Positions 33,844-40,054 of a stretch of DNA of 40,054 bases are shown piece after piece. The stretch covers positions 1 to 40,054 of the IMG/VR virus record IMGVR_UViG_3300048575_000517, one strand, 5' to 3'. The DNA is from a virus. Taxonomy: Duplodnaviria; Caudoviricetes. Positions within the stretch are counted from its first letter, which is position 1; every line of letters begins with the position of its first letter. The notes under the pieces were generated by a model. That model saw only the letters and a list, made by a program, of their open reading frames with translations. It did not search any database and was not told the origin of the DNA. The position numbers and the translations under genes are program-made.

Positions 33844-34169
33844 TCACCCACGCCGCCTACCACGCCGCGTACCCGCTGCCGGACTTCGGCGCTCCACTTC
33901 GCATCGAGACCGCGCACGAGCCTGCAGTTGGCATCGGCCGCGTGCACCGCATCGCCGTGCGCGCCGATAGCGCGCCGAAGATCGCCACCAACGACGAGAT
34001 CCTCGCCGCGCTCAGCACGACCGAGTACCGCGGCGCGTCGTACATCGCCGATGCGCTCGGGGTGTGCCCGCAGACGGTCGGCGCGAAGATGGTCACGCCG
34101 GCCATAGCGATCGTCACCGAAAAGCGCATCAGCGGGCGCGGCGGGAAGTATGAATGGAGGCTGCTGTGA
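33840..34169 (+). CDS. Hypothetical protein with a C-terminal wHTH-like segment
   Basis: ASYIADALGVCPQTVGAKM; ATGA coupling. Confidence 0.6.
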   Translation: MITHAAYHAAYPLPDFGAPLRIETAHEPAVGIGRVHRIAVRADSAPKIATNDEILAALSTTEYRGASYIADALGVCPQTVGAKMVTPAIAIVTEKRISGRGGKYEWRLL

Positions 34170-34206
34170 CCCTGCAGCTCAACCTCGACATCCACGGCGA
34201 GCAATC

Positions 34207-35202
34207 ATGACATGGCTCTACATACCATCGAGCTTTGCAGCGGCGTCGGAATGCTCGGCGAAGGACTGCGAGCCGGGCTCGCCTACCTGGGCCTTGAGAA
34301 TCGCACCTGTGTCCACGTTGAGCGGGAAGCTTACGCAGCCGCCGTCCTGGTCGCGCGCATGGAAGAAGGCAGCCTGGATGCGGCACCTGTCTGGCCCGAC
34401 CTATGCACCTTCGACGCTCGCGCTTGGCGTGGAAAAGTGGATTGCGTCGTTGCCGGATTCCCCTGCCAGGACTTGTCTGTTGCCGGCCGGCGCGCCGGAC
34501 TCGACGGCAAGCGCTCTGGACTCTTCTTCGAAGTCGTGCGGATCGCTACCGATAGCGGTGCGCGGCTCATGTTTCTGGAGAACGTCGCAGGCATCGCTTC
34601 TGCCACCGCCGCCGCTCTGGACGAAGCCGAAGGCGAGCTCGAAGAGCGCGCCGCCGCCCGCGTCGTGGGAGAACTGGCCGACCTCGGGTGGGATTCGGAG
34701 TGGATCACTCTATCAGCGTCCGACGTGGGCGCCAGCCACGGCAGAGCAAGGTGGTTTTGCCTTGCGTGGCGAGAACTTGCCCTCGCCTCGCGGCACGGAC
34801 GGCACCAAGGGCGGCCCGAATCAGGCCGGGAGCAAGGGCGACTTGATGCTGACGAGCGCGGCGTGCCAGTGGCCGACGCCGACAGCTCAGGATTGCGAGC
34901 AAGCGGGGAGCGCGAATGCAGGGCATTTCACGCTGCATCGGGCGGCGTCGGACTATTCGCCCCTGGCCCAGCCGACCCGCGATGGGCAGGAATCATCGCC
35001 GACTACCCCTACCTCGCGCCGGCACTTGAACCCGCTTTTCGCTGCGTGGTTAATGGGCTGGCCTTCGACATGGGCGATTGCCGAGCCGCACGCCTCAAGT
35101 GCGCAGGAAACGGCGTTGTGGCGCTGCAAGCTGCAGCAGCATTTGTCGTCCTTGCTCGGCGAGCAGGACTTGTCTGACCTGGCGATACGGAGGGCAGCAT
35201 GA
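34207..35202 (+). CDS. Putative second (beta) chain of the C5 methyltransferase in an alternative frame: motif IX-like segment and WPTP modules
   Basis: Open 331 codons over the whole MTase; RHLNPLFAAWLMGWP; its stop overlaps the next ATG; true start uncertain. Confidence 0.7.
   Translation: MTWLYIPSSFAAASECSAKDCEPGSPTWALRIAPVSTLSGKLTQPPSWSRAWKKAAWMRHLSGPTYAPSTLALGVEKWIASLPDSPARTCLLPAGAPDSTASALDSSSKSCGSLPIAVRGSCFWRTSQASLLPPPPLWTKPKASSKSAPPPASWENWPTSGGIRSGSLYQRPTWAPATAEQGGFALRGENLPSPRGTDGTKGGPNQAGSKGDLMLTSAACQWPTPTAQDCEQAGSANAGHFTLHRAASDYSPLAQPTRDGQESSPTTPTSRRHLNPLFAAWLMGWPSTWAIAEPHASSAQETALWRCKLQQHLSSLLGEQDLSDLAIRRAA
34212..35177 (+). CDS. DNA cytosine-C5 methyltransferase, catalytic (alpha) chain
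   Basis: ELCSGVG (I), GFPCQDLS (IV), ENV (VI), HGRARW (VIII), RLKCAGNGV (X). Confidence 0.92.
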   Translation: MALHTIELCSGVGMLGEGLRAGLAYLGLENRTCVHVEREAYAAAVLVARMEEGSLDAAPVWPDLCTFDARAWRGKVDCVVAGFPCQDLSVAGRRAGLDGKRSGLFFEVVRIATDSGARLMFLENVAGIASATAAALDEAEGELEERAAARVVGELADLGWDSEWITLSASDVGASHGRARWFCLAWRELALASRHGRHQGRPESGREQGRLDADERGVPVADADSSGLRASGERECRAFHAASGGVGLFAPGPADPRWAGIIADYPYLAPALEPAFRCVVNGLAFDMGDCRAARLKCAGNGVVALQAAAAFVVLARRAGLV

Positions 35203-35705
35203 GCGACAAATCGAAAATCGAATGGACCGACGCGACGTGGCAGACGATCACCGCTGCCAAGCGCATCGGCATTTCGGAAAGCGAATATGTTCGGCAGTTG
35301 TCGTCAGGAAAGAAGTGGTGCACGGCATGCCGAGACTGGCACCCGCGAGATCAGTTCGGCAAGGATGCAAGCCGCGGCGATGGGCTGGCTTCGAAGTGCC
35401 TCGCATCTAAGCGTTGTGTCACGAAACGCGCTGCGCCGACCGCTCGAAAGAAGCGTGGATGGATGGCAGCGGTTCGCGATGGCGATAAGAAGCAGGCGCG
35501 GCGGAGAATCAACTACCTCGTCGAGACAAAAGCTATTCCGCATCCAGACGACCTGCCCTGCGTCGATTGTCTCGATGAAATTTTCTTGAACACCTACAGG
35601 CACGAGTACGACCACGCACGAGGGTATGACGGAGAAAATCAGTTCTACGTCGAACCAGTCTGCTCGCGATGCCACCACAACCGGGAGCAAGCGCGACATG
35701 GCTAA
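35199..35705 (+). CDS. Zn-finger HNH-type (homing-like) endonuclease
   Basis: KWCTAC...FGKD...DGLASKC N-domain; CVDC...HEYDH..GY...VCSRCH His-Me-finger-like C-domain; GGAGG SD. Confidence 0.7.
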   Translation: MSDKSKIEWTDATWQTITAAKRIGISESEYVRQLSSGKKWCTACRDWHPRDQFGKDASRGDGLASKCLASKRCVTKRAAPTARKKRGWMAAVRDGDKKQARRRINYLVETKAIPHPDDLPCVDCLDEIFLNTYRHEYDHARGYDGENQFYVEPVCSRCHHNREQARHG

Positions 35706-36651
35706 ACAACGACCGAGCGGCATCACCTGGACCGAAGAGACGTGGAATCCTACGACCGGCTGCACGAAGGTTTCGCAGGGCTGCAAGCACTGCTATGCCG
35801 AGCGTGAATGGCCAAGGCTGACGAAACTGGTGCCGTCCTACGCAGGGCGCGCGTTCACCGAAGTTCGCACGCATTCAGACCGCCTTGACCAGCCGTTGCA
35901 CTGGAAGCGTCCGCGTCGGGTGTTCGTCAATTCGATGAGCGACCTGTTCCATCCGGACGTTCCGGAAGAGTTCATCCGGGCTGTGTTCGCCGTCATGGCG
36001 CAGGCCAGGCAGCACACGTTCCAAGTACTGACCAAGCGGCCCGAGCGCATGCGCGAGATTCTGACGCGCTGGCATCGGGATGAGCTGACGCTGCTGGAAG
36101 GCTGCGGCGCCGTGCTGCCGAACGTCCACCTCGGCGTCAGCGTCGAGGATCAGCCATCGGCTGATGAGCGCGTCATTGAACTGCTCAAGACGCCGGCGGC
36201 GGTGCGCTGGATCAGCGCCGAGCCGCTGCTGGGGCGTGTTGATATGACAACGATTCGACACGGCGCAGACGAGGATCTGCCTGTATTCGGCACGCAATGG
36301 GGTATCGATTGGGTCGTTGTCGGCGGCGAGTCCGGCCCGAATGCGCGGCCGATGCACCCTGACTGGGTGCGCAGTCTGCGCGATCAGTGCGCGGCGGCAG
36401 GCGTGCCATTCTTGTTCAAGCAGTGGGGCGAGCACCGCCCGGATTACGACCGAGACCGCGAAGACCCTGATTGGCGACGCTGCTCATTGGTTGAGCGCGA
36501 ATGCCAGCCCGGACGCTGGCTGAATCTCGCCGGTGGCCACGGCTTTCACGGTGATCGCGTGCACTGGGTTAGCAAGGTCGGAAAGAAGCGTGCCGGCCGC
36601 CTGCTCGACGGCGTGCAGCACGACGGATACCCGAAAGGAGAAAAGCCATGA
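35698..36651 (+). CDS. DUF5131 / phage Gp37-Gp68 family radical-SAM-like protein
   Basis: TWNPTTGCTKVSQGCKHCYAE, VFVNSMSDLFH, LTKRPER, SAEPLLG, GGESG, FKQWG. Confidence 0.92.
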   Translation: MAKQRPSGITWTEETWNPTTGCTKVSQGCKHCYAEREWPRLTKLVPSYAGRAFTEVRTHSDRLDQPLHWKRPRRVFVNSMSDLFHPDVPEEFIRAVFAVMAQARQHTFQVLTKRPERMREILTRWHRDELTLLEGCGAVLPNVHLGVSVEDQPSADERVIELLKTPAAVRWISAEPLLGRVDMTTIRHGADEDLPVFGTQWGIDWVVVGGESGPNARPMHPDWVRSLRDQCAAAGVPFLFKQWGEHRPDYDRDREDPDWRRCSLVERECQPGRWLNLAGGHGFHGDRVHWVSKVGKKRAGRLLDGVQHDGYPKGEKP

Positions 36652-37631
36652 GCGACAACAAATGGAAGGTCGTACCGGCTGAGCCGACCGAGGAAATGGT
36701 CGCGGCTGGCGACGACTGCTGGATGATGAGCCGAGGTAACGCCTCCGGATACTGGCGCGCCATGCTCGCCGCCGCCCCTTCGCCGGCGGCCGAAGGGCTG
36801 GAAGTGGTGGCGTATAGGTTCCGATGCGCAGGGTCGAACCTGTCCTGGCTTTTCGCGTCAATCCCAGCCTCTTCCGAGTATGCGGAAGTCGATCCACTCG
36901 TCCGCCAGTCCGACGCCGCCCGACTGATCGCGGAGCGGGATGCCGAAGTCGAGACGCTGAAAGCCTGCCTGTTTCAAGCGCAGGCAGCGGCGAAGGATCT
37001 GGTCTCCCGCCTCGCCGACATGGAACTGGCGCGAACGGAACCGGCGGCCACCGTAAGATGGGGCCGGGACTTCGGAGCAATGGAGTTCACCGGAAGCGCT
37101 GAGTTGTCCGGATTACTCGGACGATACAGCCACGACTCCATTGTGCGTCTCTACGCCGCCCCGCCCGACGCTGCCGAGATCATCGCCAAGCTGACGCAGG
37201 AGCGGGACGAGTCGCAAGACTCGCGGCAGCGCGAGCACGACTTACGCGCCAAACTCGCTGGCGATGTGGAAGGATACCGCGCCGAAGTCGAGCGCCTGAC
37301 CGCCGAACTCGCCGCCGCGAACGAGCGAATCGCCGCACTACCGAATTGTGAAAGGACACTGGCAGAGAGAAATGCAGCGAGACGCGCCGCTCTTGAGCAG
37401 GACGCGGCGCGGTGGATTGACCCGAACGACAAGACGCAGAAGCAATACCTGCCATGGGTCGGCGAGCCGGTGTTGTTCTGTCATGAAGGGAAAACGTACT
37501 ACGGAAAGCATACTGGCGGCTCGTTCATTTCGATGGCTGCGCCGCTTGGAAAAGTATTTGGCACATGGGATTGCTTCTGGATGTATCCGCCGAAGGCAAT
37601 CGACGCCGCCAGGAAGGAGGCGCAGGCATGA
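36648..37631 (+). CDS. Mosaic phage early protein with coiled coils
   Basis: VPAEPTEEM...AMLAAAP module, heptad segments; AGGAG SD. Confidence 0.7.
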   Translation: MSDNKWKVVPAEPTEEMVAAGDDCWMMSRGNASGYWRAMLAAAPSPAAEGLEVVAYRFRCAGSNLSWLFASIPASSEYAEVDPLVRQSDAARLIAERDAEVETLKACLFQAQAAAKDLVSRLADMELARTEPAATVRWGRDFGAMEFTGSAELSGLLGRYSHDSIVRLYAAPPDAAEIIAKLTQERDESQDSRQREHDLRAKLAGDVEGYRAEVERLTAELAAANERIAALPNCERTLAERNAARRAALEQDAARWIDPNDKTQKQYLPWVGEPVLFCHEGKTYYGKHTGGSFISMAAPLGKVFGTWDCFWMYPPKAIDAARKEAQA

Positions 37632-38083
37632 AAAAGGATGAATGGATCGCTCGATGCGCTCATCGGTACGTCGAGATTGCTGGTGTCACTCTTGAGGAAG
37701 GGTATCAGGCGGCGTATGCAAATTTCGAATCGGAAGATGGGGTATTTGACGAATCAGATGACCATTGCCCCGAGGCATGCGCTGACGCAGATGACGCGGT
37801 TATTTCTCGCTTTCTGCAGAATGACACAGCAGCCGACGAAATCGACGCCCTTCCCGCCAAGGTCGCCGCGCTCACCGCCGCGCTCGGGAAGGCGCGGGAG
37901 GCGCTTTATAGAGTGCAAAAAGTTACCGATGCCGCGAAGTGGTCTGGCGATGGCGATGTATATCACGCAACGGTCTCGGAAGTCGCACTCGAAGCCCTCG
38001 CCGCCATCGACGGTGTACTAAATCAGCAGGAGATTAGTAGGACGGTGACATGCGCCGAAGGCGAGGAAGGAGAATCGAAGTGA
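37628..38083 (+). CDS. Hypothetical protein
   Basis: AAGGAGG SD, ATGA coupling. Confidence 0.6.
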   Translation: MKKDEWIARCAHRYVEIAGVTLEEGYQAAYANFESEDGVFDESDDHCPEACADADDAVISRFLQNDTAADEIDALPAKVAALTAALGKAREALYRVQKVTDAAKWSGDGDVYHATVSEVALEALAAIDGVLNQQEISRTVTCAEGEEGESK

Positions 38084-38322
38084 TCAAAAACAACGGCGGT
38101 CCGGCGTTTCCTTCGCCACGCTACTTCAAAGGACTAGGTCCTGACGGCATGACCCTGCGTGACTACTTCGCGACCAAGGCTATGCAGAGCAAATTGCTCT
38201 GCGAGTTCCCTCGTCGTTTGCCAGAGTCTGCGCAGGGGAAGACGGTTGGAGAGTGGATCGCCGATCAGTCTTACGAAATGGCCGATGCCATGCTCAAGGC
38301 GCGCGAGAAAGGAGGCGCGTGA
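38080..38322 (+). CDS. Conserved small phage protein
   Basis: GGPAFP...GMTLRDYFA..AM...ADAMLKAR motif. Confidence 0.8.
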   Translation: MIKNNGGPAFPSPRYFKGLGPDGMTLRDYFATKAMQSKLLCEFPRRLPESAQGKTVGEWIADQSYEMADAMLKAREKGGA

Positions 38323-38489
38323 TGAAATACGACGAAATACTGGCGCTGATCCGGAGGGAGATTGAAACCGCAGTCGCCGCCGAGCGCGAGGCGTGCGCGC
38401 AGATCGTCGAGGCCCCGCACTGGAAGCCGGCGGTGCGCGCTGTCCTCAAGCAACGGGCGACGGCTATCCGAGCAAGGGGAGAGAAATGA
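38322..38489 (+). CDS. Small phage protein
   Basis: AEREACAQI...AIRARG motif; AGGAGG SD. Confidence 0.7.
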   Translation: MKYDEILALIRREIETAVAAEREACAQIVEAPHWKPAVRAVLKQRATAIRARGEK

Positions 38490-38647
38490 TCGCCTACGCG
38501 TTTCTGATGGCGGTATACATCGGAGTGGCCGTCTGGCAAGGGTCATACGGATGGGCTGCTGCAGCGTTCGCGCTGATGGTCGGCTTGATGCTCACGGCAA
38601 TTATTGAGCTGCAGCACGAAATCATTGATGCGTTGAGGAAGAAATGA
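38486..38647 (+). CDS. Small 2-TM membrane protein
   Basis: Hydrophobic; ATGA couplings. Confidence 0.65.
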   Translation: MIAYAFLMAVYIGVAVWQGSYGWAAAAFALMVGLMLTAIIELQHEIIDALRKK

Positions 38648-38883
38648 ACGACGACTACCTCGCCTGGCGCCTGTCGTTTCAGAGCGCTGATCAGGCAGCC
38701 CGGGCTGCGTTCGACGAAGCGCAGAAGCTGCGCGCCGAAGTCGCCCGCCAGCACGCCGAGATCCTGCACCTGATGATCTACGCGCCTGGACGGAACGTAG
38801 TGCGCGAGCCTGTGCCGATCAAGCAGATCGCGCCGACCAACTTCGCCGCCTGGGGGATATCCATGGCCGCCCCTGCGCAGTGA
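38644..38883 (+). CDS. Hypothetical protein
   Basis: GAGG SD, ATGA coupling. Confidence 0.6.
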   Translation: MNDDYLAWRLSFQSADQAARAAFDEAQKLRAEVARQHAEILHLMIYAPGRNVVREPVPIKQIAPTNFAAWGISMAAPAQ

Positions 38884-39161
38884 TATCCACCATGATGACC
38901 GACCTCAACAGACAACAACTCTGCGCGGCGCTCGGCATATCCGAATCAACCGTGCGCCGCCTCGAACTATCCGGCATGCCGTTTACCCCGGTAGGCATCC
39001 GCGCCAAGCGCTACAATCTTGACGAGGTCAAGCAATGGCTCAGGGGTAATCCATGTCTATCTGGACCGAAAACTGTCGAATCCACGTCGGCATCATGGTC
39101 GGCGGGAAGCGCATTCACAGACGCCTGCCGGAAGGTGCATCTAAGAGTGATGCCAAGCTGA
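38880..39161 (+). CDS. xis: Excisionase-like HTH protein
   Basis: LNRQQLCAALGISESTVRRL...RYNLDEVKQWL; precedes int; start may be 38892. Confidence 0.8.
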   Translation: MISTMMTDLNRQQLCAALGISESTVRRLELSGMPFTPVGIRAKRYNLDEVKQWLRGNPCLSGPKTVESTSASWSAGSAFTDACRKVHLRVMPS

Positions 39162-40054
39162 TCGAAGCCGAGCTGCGCAAGGCAGCTGGCACGCGGCACG
39201 TCTCCATCCCCGGCGACCCGCCGCTTTCCGTAGTCATGGACCTCTATATCGAGCACGCTAGATCACTCAGAAGTCCGGACACCGCCGTATATCACGCCCT
39301 GCGCACCGGCCCCTGGTGCGAAGGTTACAAGGCCAGCCAGGCTCCCGAGGTCGCCGCCAAGATGATCGCCGACCTCAAGAAAGCCTATGCGCCGGCGACC
39401 ATCAACCGCTCGATCGGCGCGTTCAAGACCGCCCTTAAGCTCGCCCACGAGCGAAAAATAACGCCGGCCAACTACGGCGAGACGATCAAGCGCCTGCCCG
39501 AAAACAACCAGCGGCACAACTACCTGGCCATCGACGCCGTCAAGCGCCTTGGCGACTGCTGCTCTGAACAGGTGCGCGCGGCCGTGTGGATCGCACTGCT
39601 CACCGGCTGCCGTCGCGGCGAGATACTCAAGCTCAAGCGCGAAGACATCCTCGGCGACCGGCTGCGCATCAGGTCGGGGAACACCAAGACACTGCGCGAA
39701 CGCTCGTGCCCGATCGTCCCGGCGCTGCGCCCGTGGCTCGAGTTCGTTCCGCTGCAGATTAACTTCGAGGGACTCAAGACAGGATTTCGGCGGGCGCGCG
39801 AAAAGGCCGGCCTCGACGTGAATTTCCACGATCTGCGCCACTCGTGCGCCAGCCTGCTCATCAACATGGGCGTACAGCTCGAGGTTATCCGCGACATCCT
39901 CGGGCACACCACCGTCAAGACGACCGAGCGCTACGCGCACCTGCGACTCGACCGCCAGGACGATGCGATGCGTAGGCTATCCGACGCAGTTTCGGTGCAA
40001 ATTACACCGAAGATTACACCGGAAAACAAAAAGGCCACCGAGCAGGTGGCCTAA
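39053..40054 (+). CDS. int: Prophage tyrosine integrase
   Basis: GCRRGE, TKT, HDLRH, LGH, RYAH catalytic residues. Confidence 0.95.
   Translation: MSIWTENCRIHVGIMVGGKRIHRRLPEGASKSDAKLIEAELRKAAGTRHVSIPGDPPLSVVMDLYIEHARSLRSPDTAVYHALRTGPWCEGYKASQAPEVAAKMIADLKKAYAPATINRSIGAFKTALKLAHERKITPANYGETIKRLPENNQRHNYLAIDAVKRLGDCCSEQVRAAVWIALLTGCRRGEILKLKREDILGDRLRIRSGNTKTLRERSCPIVPALRPWLEFVPLQINFEGLKTGFRRAREKAGLDVNFHDLRHSCASLLINMGVQLEVIRDILGHTTVKTTERYAHLRLDRQDDAMRRLSDAVSVQITPKITPENKKATEQVA
40002..40022 (+). repeat. TTACACCG x2; probable arm-type sites (right end) inside int
   Basis: Copies at 40002 and 40014 matching 3627 and 3638. Confidence 0.7.
40023..40052 (-). terminator. Intrinsic terminator on the minus strand, placed to stop the tRNA transcript entering from the right
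   Basis: AGGCCACC-5 nt-GGTGGCCT followed by TTTTGTTTT on the minus strand. Confidence 0.7.

Larger units (their letters stand above)
3548..40054. mobile_element. Lambdoid siphovirus prophage (~36.5 kb) integrated at tRNA-Val; right att beyond the window
   Basis: Head, tail, replication, immunity and integration modules present; TTACACCG pairs at both ends. Confidence 0.95.

Noticed and set aside
35199-35705. Cognate restriction endonuclease of the MTase, or a group I intron/intein
   Set aside because: The borrowed DUF5131 N-terminus points to a later insertion; no intein Cys/His-Asn ends; the ORF fills the whole insert, leaving no room for a ribozyme core
37628-38083. Possible fusion of two genes by deletion near ADADDAVIS
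   Set aside because: Mosaic appearance only; early-region proteins are commonly modular and no junction can be shown without homologues

Overview
The window holds two integrative elements stacked at one tRNA-Val(CAC) site. Bases 1-~3500 are the integrase end of a genomic island: tyrosine integrase, excisionase-like gene, XRE repressor, a degenerate HD-domain protein and arm-type repeats. A tRNA-Val 3' half at 3498-3547 marks the junction. Bases ~3548-40054 are a nearly complete, GC-rich, ~36.5 kb lambdoid siphovirus prophage whose right att site lies just beyond the window. Its minus strand carries cro, CII-like, TraR-like, a cos-like site, primase-helicase, a likely ori, terminase, Mor-like activator, portal, protease-capsid fusion, tail genes and a holin. 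Its plus strand carries the repressor, an early operon and xis-int. The strongest oddities are: (1) a C5 DNA methyltransferase split over two fully overlapping reading frames; (2) an HNH-type gene that has captured the start of the adjacent DUF5131 radical-SAM gene and supplied a recoded replacement start; (3) a lectin plus polysaccharide-lyase module in the head-gene block, the lectin carrying a copy of a small capsid-associated domain; (4) an in-register antisense gene pair in which one partner has a stop that reads as Leu in the other; (5) a lysis cassette with no recognisable endolysin; (6) an acr-aca-like two-gene moron. All family calls are by eye from motifs and synteny; no database searches were run.
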